A stretch of DNA of 64,000 nt, taken from NCBI GenBank assembly GCA_965197525.1, contig OZ240211.1, positions 1,120,001 through 1,184,000 on the forward strand, given 5' to 3'. The stretch is from Nitrosopumilus sp. GTDB lineage: Archaea > Thermoproteota > Nitrososphaeria > Nitrososphaerales > Nitrosopumilaceae. The position numbers and the translations under genes were made by a program. A model generated the notes under the pieces. That model ran no database searches and was not told the origin of the DNA. It worked only from the letters and a program-made list of their open reading frames with translations. Position 1 is the first letter of the stretch. Every line of letters begins with the position of its first letter. Below are positions 29,896 through 39,973 of this stretch, one piece after another.

Positions 29896-30111
29896 ATGGA
29901 ATATAAAACCCAAGACATCATACATGTTTGTAATAGAACATGTAGAAAAAGAATGGTAACTGGTAAAGATACTGAATATGCAGGTGTAAATCCTGAAGAT
30001 TGGAATTTCGCTCAGATGTTGAGACGATGTAAACAGTATGACCAAAGCAAAGTCGATGTTAAAGAATGGCAATACATAACGGATGCTCAAAGAAGGCAAG
30101 ACGGAGATTAG
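29896..30111 (+). CDS. Small hypothetical protein
   Basis: 71-aa ORF with ATG after an AT-rich promoter-like region. Confidence 0.45.
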   Translation: MEYKTQDIIHVCNRTCRKRMVTGKDTEYAGVNPEDWNFAQMLRRCKQYDQSKVDVKEWQYITDAQRRQDGD

Positions 30112-30340
30112 GACAAAACCCAAGATATCATAAAGGAAAACAGCGAACAGAACAAGACATCATCAAAAATCACACAGGCAGAACACGGCATCTCAAACAA
30201 AAAACAGGCTCAGAACTCAAGATCTTCATCATCTACTAGTCATAGGGATAGTTACATCACTGCCTGCACCCCTTATACCGTATACCTTATTGAGTCTTTC
30301 AAGAAGCTTGATAAAAGGGAGATCGACTTGATTATTCACA

Positions 30341-30772
30341 ATGGTAGTAATTAACACGCCGGCATCGCTTGAGAGTTTTAGAAGATTTGTCATCTCAAGT
30401 ACGTGCAAGTCGTATGCACCAAGGGCGTATTTAGAAGACTCTGAAGTATTTGCAGAAAGGGAGGAGAAGCTAGGGGCAATCTACGTAGAGGCCGCAGACA
30501 AGGTGACATTAAAAAAATTAAGGGATATCACGTTTGTCAATGGACGCGACGTCCTAGGAATAATATACAACTCAAAGAGTGGAAATACATCTTTGAAGTG
30601 GAGACAAATAAGAAGAAACAACGGCAAGGTTACAGGCGAGGCGTCTGCCAACTCGTTGACAAACCTCTCAGAGTCAGGAGTGCTTACACTTGACTGGGTT
30701 GAGAACTATCTAAAAAAGAAGGCCCAAGAGACGAAAGCAGATGCAGAGACGAAAGAGAATCCTGCAAACTAA
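30341..30772 (+). CDS. Conserved thaumarchaeal hypothetical protein
   Basis: Host-like codon usage; heads a gene run with pelota. Confidence 0.75.
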   Translation: MVVINTPASLESFRRFVISSTCKSYAPRAYLEDSEVFAEREEKLGAIYVEAADKVTLKKLRDITFVNGRDVLGIIYNSKSGNTSLKWRQIRRNNGKVTGEASANSLTNLSESGVLTLDWVENYLKKKAQETKADAETKENPAN

Positions 30773-30807
30773 ACTCTTTTCATTTTGTATGATACAGTAA
30801 TAATACC

Positions 30808-31869
30808 ATGATAATTAAAACGATAGATGAGAATGCTATCTCTGTAATACCCGAGGATTCAGACGATCTGCTAAAGTTGCGTCGCATAATAAAGCAAGGC
30901 GACAGAGTGATAGGGGATACGACACGTGTACTAAAGAGAGAACAGGACTATAGCAGACCGGACAAGGGTGAGAGAATCAAAGTCAAGGTGTCACTGTCAG
31001 TTGAGAAGATCTCACTTGACGATGTACTAGACAAGCTAAGGGTCGGCGGCACCATAGTCGAATCAAGTAACGAGGCAGTGCCACACGGAACGCACCACTC
31101 TTTTATCATAAAACTAAATGACGGAATCACGATATCAAAGAAGCGATGGGCATCATTTGAGAGAAGGTTGCTAAAGGCAGGAGACAGACAGACAAACTTT
31201 GTGTTGATTGCAATCGATACCGCAGATGCAGGCATTGCAAGACTGCATGGAACACATCTAGAGTTTATGCCCAACATCTACTCTGGGAGCGGTGGAAAGA
31301 GATACAAGACCAGTTTTAACGTGGAGAGGTTCTTTGACAAGGTGCTGCTTGCATGCTCATCCATATGTAAAAAGGAGGATACAGTCATTGTGTTCGGTCC
31401 AGGAGAGACTAAAAAAAGATTTGTAAACTATATGAGAAAAGAGCAGGGACAGAACAGCATCCAAAACAAAACCATCATAGTGGAGGGAATAGACACGGGT
31501 GGAGAGGATGGGATTTACGTATTTACAAAGTCACAGATGATACAGAATATAATATCAGATAGCAAGCTGGCAAAAGCTGCTGCAATTATTGACGAGGTGA
31601 TGATTCTTGCAGCAAAGCAGAGTACAAAGTTTACAATGGGGTACAAAGAGACTGCACAGGCAAACCAGATAGGAGCGGCAGAATCAATAGTGTTCTCAGA
31701 GAAGGTAATCCAGGATAATGACGAACAAGAGATTGTAGACCTGCTAAATGATGCAGAGTCAAAAGGTGTAACAATTTACAGCGTTGACTCGTCAACTGAT
31801 ATCGGGTTGCGTGTAACCGGACTGGGAGGAATTGTGGCCTTGTTACGGTATGCAAACGCTTTGAGTTAG
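30808..31869 (+). CDS. pelA: mRNA surveillance protein Pelota (aDom34)
   Basis: PEDSDDL, GVPHG-like HH motif, eRF1-like domains and C-terminal LGGIVALLRY. Confidence 0.93.
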   Translation: MIIKTIDENAISVIPEDSDDLLKLRRIIKQGDRVIGDTTRVLKREQDYSRPDKGERIKVKVSLSVEKISLDDVLDKLRVGGTIVESSNEAVPHGTHHSFIIKLNDGITISKKRWASFERRLLKAGDRQTNFVLIAIDTADAGIARLHGTHLEFMPNIYSGSGGKRYKTSFNVERFFDKVLLACSSICKKEDTVIVFGPGETKKRFVNYMRKEQGQNSIQNKTIIVEGIDTGGEDGIYVFTKSQMIQNIISDSKLAKAAAIIDEVMILAAKQSTKFTMGYKETAQANQIGAAESIVFSEKVIQDNDEQEIVDLLNDAESKGVTIYSVDSSTDIGLRVTGLGGIVALLRYANALS

Positions 31870-32177
31870 GATGTAGAGGATAACAGCCAGTCAAGATACG
31901 GTTTGTTAATATCGGTAACTGAGAGTTCTGCAATCTCTGGGGTATCGTACGGATGGGTCTCTCTTATCTTGTCTTTTAGTATGGTCTTGTTCTTTGGTAC
32001 GGTCTTGAATATTGCAATGTATTCTGTGGCATTCTCCATCTTGCCATCCCAAGTATACAATGAAGAGATCTTGGAGATGTTAACACATGCTATTACCCTG
32101 TCTGCCAAGAGTCTCTTTGCAATGGCGGTAACAGACCTTTTGCTAGGATAAGTAGAGATTATCATTACTGGTTTCAT
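31866..32177 (-). CDS. cutA: Divalent cation tolerance protein CutA
   Basis: IACVNI, SLYTWDGK and HPYDTPEI. Confidence 0.93.
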   Translation of the reverse strand: MKPVMIISTYPSKRSVTAIAKRLLADRVIACVNISKISSLYTWDGKMENATEYIAIFKTVPKNKTILKDKIRETHPYDTPEIAELSVTDINKPYLDWLLSSTS

Positions 32178-32408
32178 GTGTGTTATAGAATAGAGGATAT
32201 TTTAAATGATCTTGTGTGTGTTCGTCTGGTAATAATCTGTAACAGTTTGTTTCTTTATATTGTGTTTAACAATAACTGTAAAACAGATCTCAGATGCTCC
32301 GCTATGCTACTGTACTATTCATGATGGTGATATGTACCATGAATGTTGATGATGCGTTTGTTGCAGGTACATATGATCACATCTAACAAACTAGTGAGCA
32401 AAAGATCA

Positions 32409-33197
32409 TTATTTTGCCATTTCTGTAATCACTCGTGAAATCTCATCTTGGTCAATACCTATTATATTGGAAACGGAACTGTAATCCGGACCTGTAAATT
32501 TGGAAACTGTTAACAAGATTTTTTTGGAACCGCATATTTTCTGAACACGTTGTTTTAAATCTAGAAATTTTATACCAGAATACCACATAAGAGAATAGAT
32601 ATCAGCAATATCCTTAATCCGCTTGTCTTCTTTGTTCCTGTTTAGAACAGAATTTATCTTCATCGAAACTAGTATTTCTGGGCGTGGAAGCATCACCTCT
32701 TTTCCAAAGTATCCTGATAGAACAAATTGATTATCTGAAAAAACATTGGCAAGCAGGGGCTCATCAATTGGACTTAATCCGAATAGTATTTTTGCTCTTG
32801 GATGTATTTTGTCAACGACTGGGTCGACAAACAGATCAAACATATCATATTTGGGACGTTTTTTGGATTCTTCTTCTGTTAAAAGCTGTCTAGTTTTAAG
32901 ATCGTGGTGTTGCACAAAGCGTGATCCTATTCCATAATATTTCATATCTTTTAGAATCTCAATTGATTTGGAAAATGCCGATTTTTGTAATTGCTCATCA
33001 GACCAGGTATCATCCATGTGAAAGCCAAGATCTATATCTCTTGAACCAATGTAATCTCTTCTTTGTTCAGCTTTGAATCTTTGATTTACGGTAATGTAAA
33101 CTGCCCATCCACCCATCAAACATGCAGGTTCTTTGACGTTTGAAATAACAGTCGACATGTTTGATTTTGAAATTTCTACCTCATCTTCTGTGTACAA
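32409..33197 (-). CDS. AbiEii-like nucleotidyltransferase toxin (type IV TA)
   Basis: LMGGWAV...GSRDIDLG (pol-beta NTase GG...DxD) and KRIKDIADIYSL; overlaps the upstream antitoxin gene. Confidence 0.75.
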   Translation of the reverse strand: MYTEDEVEISKSNMSTVISNVKEPACLMGGWAVYITVNQRFKAEQRRDYIGSRDIDLGFHMDDTWSDEQLQKSAFSKSIEILKDMKYYGIGSRFVQHHDLKTRQLLTEEESKKRPKYDMFDLFVDPVVDKIHPRAKILFGLSPIDEPLLANVFSDNQFVLSGYFGKEVMLPRPEILVSMKINSVLNRNKEDKRIKDIADIYSLMWYSGIKFLDLKQRVQKICGSKKILLTVSKFTGPDYSSVSNIIGIDQDEISRVITEMAK

Positions 33198-33792
33198 ATT
33201 GTTCTTCCGCCTTTTCTATTAGCATCTCTGATGCCTCTGCGCACGGTCCTCCCTCCATTAACAGATCCATTACTAGTTGTGGAATAGATACCGTCTTGAA
33301 TTCTTCTTTTTCTGCCAAGTTGTAAAAAACATGAGGATCCCCAATTAACACTCTGGTATTTCCTTTTCCTACAAGACCTTCATATGACAGAATGTTGTGC
33401 CATTTTACTTTGTCTTGTGGATCAATGTAAAAATCCACTCGGGATGGAAACAGATACTTTTGTGTCAGATTTTCTGCTACATATGTGGTAAGTGCATATT
33501 TTAGCTTTGAAGATTTGAGAAGCTCGAGAGGATTTTGTATCATGTATTCTTTCTTATCTGGAGCTATCCGGAGCGTTCTCCAAAGGGAGACTAGTTCTCT
33601 GTAGTTTATCACTCTGGTTTTTGTTATCAAATCGCGGTCTTCTAAGCGTTTAAGAAAATCATGAGTCCAAGAGTATGCTGCGTCTGCTAATTTTGCCACT
33701 CTGTATTTTGTAAGGTTGCCGCCGGGATTATCAAGCAATATTCTGATTATTCTCTCTTTTACAAATCCTCTCTTTTTAGGCATCTTCGTCAT
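33181..33792 (-). CDS. AbiEi-like antitoxin/transcription regulator (wHTH)
   Basis: N-terminal wHTH (LTKYRVAKLADAAYSWTHDFLKRL) and C-terminal VSIPQLVMDLL...GPCAEA typical of NTase-partner antitoxins. Confidence 0.7.
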   Translation of the reverse strand: MTKMPKKRGFVKERIIRILLDNPGGNLTKYRVAKLADAAYSWTHDFLKRLEDRDLITKTRVINYRELVSLWRTLRIAPDKKEYMIQNPLELLKSSKLKYALTTYVAENLTQKYLFPSRVDFYIDPQDKVKWHNILSYEGLVGKGNTRVLIGDPHVFYNLAEKEEFKTVSIPQLVMDLLMEGGPCAEASEMLIEKAEEQFVHRR

Positions 33793-33823
33793 GTATATCG
33801 GTACATCTTAAATAATATAAGGA

Positions 33824-33841
33824 TTACCGATATATCGGTAA
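33824..33841. promoter_or_regulatory. Perfect 18-bp palindrome TTACCGATATATCGGTAA (putative operator)
   Basis: Lies 32 bp upstream of the antitoxin start, next to the AT-rich TATA region. A half-site (tatatcggta) abuts the start codon. Confidence 0.75.
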
Positions 33842-34118
33842 CTGGCTAAGTATTTAAGGCTAACCGATAGTTTAGCATATGTTTGTCGCCAGATATGGAA
33901 ATTTTCTTTTCAGAGGATTCAGATAAATCATCAAAGAATTTTTAGTCATAAAACTGTGTCAAATTTTGCAGGATGTTTCTTATACATGGAATCTACTTGT
34001 ATTTTGTAAAGTTGGCATCAGGATGATTCTCAAACGATACTCTGACTATTTTCTCTTACAAGTCCGTTTTTTCAGGTAGCGCCTGCATTACCACACACCA
34101 ATATGTCTCAAGTCCAAA

Positions 34119-34136
34119 TTATCGATATATCGGTAA
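34119..34136. promoter_or_regulatory. Second operator copy TTATCGATATATCGGTAA
   Basis: 17/18 match to 33824-33841; about 100 bp upstream of the site-2 protease gene. Confidence 0.6.
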
Positions 34137-34238
34137 CGAGCAATGTATTTGAGATGAACTGATACCTCTGATTATAGAAGAATTATTCGTTTACAGAAAC
34201 CGATAAATGACCTCTTTTTAAAAAAATAAAGAGTTAGT

Positions 34239-35435
34239 TTGGAACATAATTTTCTTACAGATAATCCGATAATCTACGTCTTGATTGCATGGGTAATAAC
34301 GGTGATTGCAGCCAAGGCGCTAAAGATAGAGAGATACGGTTTTGAGATTAAAGCATACAGTCTGGTATACAAGAATAGAGGAGTAAACACTGCACTAGTC
34401 AGAATGCTAGGCAGAACAAAACGAGGAATCAGGGTGTTTGCAGATACCAGTGTGATTGCAGGTTTTATAATGATGGGTTTTGCCTTTTGGTTTCTGCTAA
34501 ACAACATTGCGAACTTTTTTGTAGCAGAGACAGAGTTTGCAGAATTAACGGTGTTGATTCCGGGTGTAACGCTGACTTCGGCATCATCAATTATGTACTT
34601 TTTGCTGTCAATCCCAATCGTACTGGTTATTCACGAGGGTGCACACGGTATAGTGGCTGCACTAGAGAAGATAAAGATAAAGACGGGGGGCTTTGCGATA
34701 TTTATTGCAATGTTTGCGGGTTTTGTAGAACCTGACGAGGAGGAATTTGATAAAGCAAAAAAGATCTCAAAATTGCGGGTGATTGGAGCTGGCGCAACAT
34801 CAAATGTGCTGTTTGCATTTGCGCTAGGTGCCTTGCTGTTAACAAACCCGATTTTCGCAATAATACTGCCTGAGCCAATCCAAAGTACGTTTTATGACAT
34901 ACCTGACGGAGTGTTGGTACTCTCGATAATAGAGAACTCGGGAGCAGAACAAGCAGGATTGCTTGCAAATGACATCATTACGTCAATTAACGATATACCG
35001 ATTCGGAGTCCTGCGGATTTCCCCGTATTGAATCCGGGTGATGCTGCAAGTGTGGAGGTGATCAGGGATAGCCAAGAGTTGGAGTTTGGAGTGGAGATAA
35101 TGGCAGCACCTGACGACCCTGAGAGAGGGCTGATAGGCATCATGAGGGATAACACGTTTTCATACAAGCCGGTACTCGATTTCATTGAATGGAATGATCC
35201 GAACGTGTCGCTGTTTTTGCTGTGGCTGTGGATGATCTCATTTTTCATCGGAATAATCAACATGCTGCCACTGCCAATCCTGGATGGAGGAAAGTTCATT
35301 TACATCATTATTGAGAAAAAGATTTCAGAAAAGTCAGTAAACATGGTAATGTGGGGAATTTACGCATTTACATTTGTGGTGTTTGGCCTGAATATAGCGC
35401 TGTCGTATATTAAATCCGGATGGTTTACCATCTAG
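34239..35435 (+). CDS. Site-2 protease (M50 family) with PDZ domain
   Basis: HEGAH (HExxH), NMLPLPILDGG and a PDZ insert. Confidence 0.93.
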   Translation: MEHNFLTDNPIIYVLIAWVITVIAAKALKIERYGFEIKAYSLVYKNRGVNTALVRMLGRTKRGIRVFADTSVIAGFIMMGFAFWFLLNNIANFFVAETEFAELTVLIPGVTLTSASSIMYFLLSIPIVLVIHEGAHGIVAALEKIKIKTGGFAIFIAMFAGFVEPDEEEFDKAKKISKLRVIGAGATSNVLFAFALGALLLTNPIFAIILPEPIQSTFYDIPDGVLVLSIIENSGAEQAGLLANDIITSINDIPIRSPADFPVLNPGDAASVEVIRDSQELEFGVEIMAAPDDPERGLIGIMRDNTFSYKPVLDFIEWNDPNVSLFLLWLWMISFFIGIINMLPLPILDGGKFIYIIIEKKISEKSVNMVMWGIYAFTFVVFGLNIALSYIKSGWFTI

Positions 35436-35549
35436 TAGGTCAATGAGATGCGATTCTTGTTTCATCACTGTGCATCCTTGGTTAATCTGCATCCACAAAA
35501 ACATGTAAGAATGATTATACACTGGTTATAGGTGAACCTGGACAGATAC

Positions 35550-35678
35550 CCATTTTTATTGACTGCAGGCAGGCAAGAGAATATAACATCAGATAAACTA
35601 GAGAAAAAACTTCAAGGGATACAGCAAAAATATCATGAACACGAGAAAAAAAAAGTCAATGGAATCATACCCGAAGAG
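35550..35678 (+). repeat. Direct repeat copy 1 (fragment of a paralog of the 35893-39543 ORF)
   Basis: 35550-35641 is 87/92 identical to 39654-39745; translates PFLLTAGRQENITSDKLEKKLQGIQQKYHEH. Confidence 0.9.
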
Positions 35679-35892
35679 AGTGTGACTGTGAGCATTTAAA
35701 GTACAATTTGTCTAACATGTATACAGTTATTGTTGTATAATGTCATTTTGACTGAAAAATTTGCAAAATCCTGTCTAGTATGGCGTTAGTTATGATCATA
35801 CTGACTTGGTAATTTTGGGTTAGATGTCATGATTTAAACGACAAGATAATGCGAACAGCACAGTTTAACTAGTTTTTTATTTCATTTATCAT

Positions 35893-38800
35893 ATGGAACC
35901 TCAAATCACAGATCCAGTAAAGATCATACGTGATAGAATAAAAGAGTTTGAACCATATGAGATCTTGTCTTATGTTGCACTTTTAGATGCACTGCCTGGA
36001 AATGAGAACAAATTCGTGCGTTTGGAGACACTCTGCAAAGTGATCCTCTCGACTAGACAGAAAAAATTCAAAAATTTGGAATTTGGCAAAGATGACATAG
36101 CACAGTTGCTTGATGATTTGGATTCTTTTCATGATTGGAGTCCTCTTGAGGACGTTATTCCCGTGTCACTACTTGACCATCCCGGCGTCTGGCTTTTGGG
36201 GAGAAGATACCACATATTTACAGGCATCGAATACCGTTTTTCTGACTTTTGGAGGCAGTTGATCTCTGACATGTACCCTGTTCGTAAATCTTTTCATGCC
36301 AAGGGATATGACCCAATCCATATCATTGAGGATATACTGTCCCTTCAGTCAAGACTCGTATCTGTTATTTATGAGCACAAGGATTCAATATCGAAAATTG
36401 GAGATGTGAGCGTCCCGTCACCGGAGCTGTTCGAATCATGGAAACACACCATAAATCAATGGTATCAACAGACACCTCACCAGAGCTTCTATGCCCAACA
36501 CTCAGTATCCCTTGGACGAAAGATGGATCAATCACTTATTACCGAGCCGGACCTTTTAACTCCATCTACATTCTTCTCAGTTGATATAGCCGGCAGAACT
36601 GTTCTGATTTTTCAACGCGGTCTGCTGAATTGTTTGAGTGCTTTGTTTTTAGATGATTTTAAGAGCTTGCACCAACAGAATCCCTCATTACTGTATGATT
36701 CTTCTGATGTATTGTTACGACATTTATCAAAATTATTTCTGTCTGAGAATATTTTACCGCATTTTTCTGTAAATGATTTAGAAGAGGTTGTCGACTTTGC
36801 AACAATTTTTGATAGTAATAAACTGTTTTTGTTCAAGATTATTCATCCTGATTTTGCAGATGATTCAGACGAGCATCTAAAGGAATCAGTCAATAAACTT
36901 AAAAAAATTACTCGCTATGTCCCTATCGGCAAGACAAATTTCAAAACTTTTCAGACATCTGTAGAGGTATCTGAATCCATCCAGTATGAGACCATCTCTA
37001 TTTTATTGGTCAATTCACTTTATGATATGCCCCCGAAGACCGGCCTTAGGATTGATAGTGATACTTTTTTGATCATTCCGTTTCATGATTTTATTGCAAT
37101 CTGTAATGAAATCAAAGATGGAATGAAACTATTAAAATTTCTCAGATATTATCACGGCGCCAACAAGGAATTTTCCCCAGATGCCAGAATGTTAGATGTG
37201 TATACTGCTGTTTTTTGCGATGTTGATTCCTTTTTACCACCTGACTCACTGTTTGGGTATGAATATGTTTGGGATCAATATTATATGCATAAATTAAGAA
37301 CTACACCGAATTTTCAGCCAAGACTAGATGAGGACGAACCTGCAGATTTGTGGGATGCCAATCCCATCTCTGATAAGGTTTTTCAAATGTATGATGCCCA
37401 AGCACACAGGCTGGCCAGTGTTTTTAGGCTAAACGATGACAGAGCTGTTTGGATACTGCCCTCAAACACTGTTTTGGACTATCATCCAAATGAGTTACAC
37501 GCATTTAATCTTTTGATGCAGCTTGTCCCATTTCGTCTTACGTCCAGTAACACCTTTGAGACATTTTTGCAAAAGTGTGGCATGGATTCTGTTAACCAGA
37601 TGCGATTCGTGCTGTATCCTACCTCTTTTATCAAAAGACGGGGATTGCAGGATTATAACAAGTTTCTGCCTTTGGCAAGTAATGATGAAGGCCCGGTATT
37701 TGTGAGAGTAAATCATGTCCCCAATGCTGACAGACCAGTATTTGATATAATATTCTCTTTGAGTCATCTATCAAAATTATCTAAAAGTGACTATCTGAGT
37801 GCAGAAAAGGCTATCATCAGGTCAATACTCTCTGAGATATCAAGACAGTCGTTGCAGTTATCTGTAGATGAGATTGACAAGTTTACAGAAGAGATCTTTG
37901 AAGATGATTCATCTGACTTTAACATTACGCCGATGAATAATCAATCGTTGTTACTATCCACATTGACATCTGCAAACCATCCCAAAATACCAAGTGAGAA
38001 CATGTTTGATATTTATAATCAAATCCAGGAATGTGTCGCAGAACGTGCCATTATTGGGCCACAAAGCACGGAAGACGCCAGATACATTGTAGACGAGGTA
38101 ATTAATCACTTGGAGAGGTCGTTAATCGAAAAATTACACCAGTACTCCCTTGCCGATATTCTGTCATATGCTGTACGTGTTAATAGCACTCTGTATGAAT
38201 CCAGGTATATCACACAATACATATCCAAAGATGACTATGGGTATGAAGAATATAATATCAGTACACGGTACTATGACAAGGATTTGAAACTATCAGAACT
38301 ATCTGCTATGGTAAGGTATATTGCAGAACTTGCCATAAGGATTAATCCGCAGGGTGACTCTTTGCTGTCAGATGAACGGTGGCTTGAGATACAGGCTTAC
38401 TTTGGCGAGCTCGGATCTTATGTATTTGCACGAAATGCCATTGATCTCAAGCCGGATGGTTTTACACTGACAGTCGATCATGACCATACTGCCAGATGGG
38501 ATTCTAGTGACGATGGCATCAATGCTTTAATTGAGTATTCCAAACATTTTGATAATGATGTTCCCGTACTGCCAATAGAATCTACATCCACATTTGATTT
38601 GAATGGTATGTTTGATGATGTAAATCCGTCATTTCTTGATGAATTCGGCGTCTCTTTTGAAGATTTTTTAAAAGTTTTAGAATGTTGTGTGTCATTATCC
38701 CATGATAAATCCAAACACATAGTTATTGTAGACTATACCAGTTTGATCTTAGATATACAGTCAGTATCTGGCATGGATAAAGATGCTGTAACTTGCGGAT

Positions 38801-39543
38801 TGAAGCTGGCGTCACTTGCACACGGAGATTTAGTAGACACTAAGATTTATCCAATCGATATTAAAAATACCAAACTTCGTTCTTTGGTAAAACCGATTCC
38901 GGTATTTCAACGAGGCAAACAAAAGATGTGCGTGCTAAACTCCTTGAGTATTATTATCTCAAAACATCGCTGGTTTGAGGCTATGAGACAGGGGCATCTG
39001 CCATTTTTAATCAGTGGTAGTAGGCAAGAGAATGCAACGTCCGATAAATTGACAATGAAATTACAAGAGATGCAACAAGACGTTATCTCAGAGCATAAAA
39101 GAGAGATTAATGATATAATGAGACAGAAAACGGTTTATTGTCATTCTGATGCTGGCAGTACAAGCAAGGTCTTTTCACAAATTCCTGAGAATATTGTGGG
39201 CGTGATTGACAGCCTATCGATTCATCCTAGCTTAAAACAGGTGATACTAATTGAGGCAAAGCAGTTTTACTGGAATATGTCTTTAGATGAGATTAAAGAT
39301 GAGATGTTAGAGTATACTAGCGATGGTGGCTACATTGAGGTATTATCCCAAAAGATGCAGTATGTAAAAAAATACCTGAGTGCTATTCTCCGATATCACG
39401 GATTAGATTCTGGTGGTGGTGGTAAAGAGGATGAGGAGGATTGGCAGGTCAAGGGTTACTTTGTTACTACAAATGATGCATTTCCAGTTGTGATGCCGCC
39501 TAGAATCAACATTATTAATATTAGCAAGTTGGATGCTATCTAG
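35893..39543 (+). CDS. 1216-aa protein with putative C-terminal PD-(D/E)xK (NERD-like) nuclease domain
   Basis: C-terminal GVIDSLSIHPSLKQVILIEAKQ (D...ExK); possible degenerate nuclease fold at VDFATIFDSNKLFLFKI. The coding strand is T-rich, unlike host genes. Confidence 0.65.
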   Translation: MEPQITDPVKIIRDRIKEFEPYEILSYVALLDALPGNENKFVRLETLCKVILSTRQKKFKNLEFGKDDIAQLLDDLDSFHDWSPLEDVIPVSLLDHPGVWLLGRRYHIFTGIEYRFSDFWRQLISDMYPVRKSFHAKGYDPIHIIEDILSLQSRLVSVIYEHKDSISKIGDVSVPSPELFESWKHTINQWYQQTPHQSFYAQHSVSLGRKMDQSLITEPDLLTPSTFFSVDIAGRTVLIFQRGLLNCLSALFLDDFKSLHQQNPSLLYDSSDVLLRHLSKLFLSENILPHFSVNDLEEVVDFATIFDSNKLFLFKIIHPDFADDSDEHLKESVNKLKKITRYVPIGKTNFKTFQTSVEVSESIQYETISILLVNSLYDMPPKTGLRIDSDTFLIIPFHDFIAICNEIKDGMKLLKFLRYYHGANKEFSPDARMLDVYTAVFCDVDSFLPPDSLFGYEYVWDQYYMHKLRTTPNFQPRLDEDEPADLWDANPISDKVFQMYDAQAHRLASVFRLNDDRAVWILPSNTVLDYHPNELHAFNLLMQLVPFRLTSSNTFETFLQKCGMDSVNQMRFVLYPTSFIKRRGLQDYNKFLPLASNDEGPVFVRVNHVPNADRPVFDIIFSLSHLSKLSKSDYLSAEKAIIRSILSEISRQSLQLSVDEIDKFTEEIFEDDSSDFNITPMNNQSLLLSTLTSANHPKIPSENMFDIYNQIQECVAERAIIGPQSTEDARYIVDEVINHLERSLIEKLHQYSLADILSYAVRVNSTLYESRYITQYISKDDYGYEEYNISTRYYDKDLKLSELSAMVRYIAELAIRINPQGDSLLSDERWLEIQAYFGELGSYVFARNAIDLKPDGFTLTVDHDHTARWDSSDDGINALIEYSKHFDNDVPVLPIESTSTFDLNGMFDDVNPSFLDEFGVSFEDFLKVLECCVSLSHDKSKHIVIVDYTSLILDIQSVSGMDKDAVTCGLKLASLAHGDLVDTKIYPIDIKNTKLRSLVKPIPVFQRGKQKMCVLNSLSIIISKHRWFEAMRQGHLPFLISGSRQENATSDKLTMKLQEMQQDVISEHKREINDIMRQKTVYCHSDAGSTSKVFSQIPENIVGVIDSLSIHPSLKQVILIEAKQFYWNMSLDEIKDEMLEYTSDGGYIEVLSQKMQYVKKYLSAILRYHGLDSGGGGKEDEEDWQVKGYFVTTNDAFPVVMPPRINIINISKLDAI

Positions 39544-39611
39544 AGTCGTTTCAAAATTAAACTAATAATTTAATGTCAAGTTTTGAGTTAAAAAGTGCTG
39601 TTTAGAGTATT

Positions 39612-39779
39612 TCAAAACGCCGCTGGCAGAATGATTTGATCAGAGGCAATCTACCATTTTTATTGACTGCCGGCAAGCAAGAGAATACAACATCAGATAA
39701 ACTAGAGAAGAAACTTCAAGGGATACAACAAAAATATCATGAACATGAAAAATAAGTCAATGAGATAATGCCTGAAGAG
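39612..39779 (+). repeat. Direct repeat copy 2 / pseudogene fragment
   Basis: Translates SKRRWQNDLIRGNLPFLLTAGKQENTTSDKLEKKLQGIQQKYHEHEK*VNEIM, homologous to ORF segment SKHRWFEAMRQGHLPFLISGSRQENATSDKLTMKLQEMQQ (about 38959-39120). Confidence 0.9.
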
Positions 39780-39973
39780 CTTGATTCTGGTCGTGTTGCC
39801 TAGAATCTCAGATCTAAAATATTTTGTCACTTGTCATGTGAGATGATAGTATGCCTTGTTTGTTGATCCATACTGTTGCTAGTGTGAGAGATTGGGATCA
39901 AAACCATCAGATAACAGAAAACCTCAAACATGGTACCTAAAGAATCATTAATGGAAAAAAACTGCATCATGGT

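Noticed and set aside
35550-39779. Diversity-generating retroelement (TR/VR pair)
   Set aside because: Mismatches between copies are not adenine-specific (a/c, g/a, t/c, a/g, g/a), and there is no reverse transcriptase in the window.
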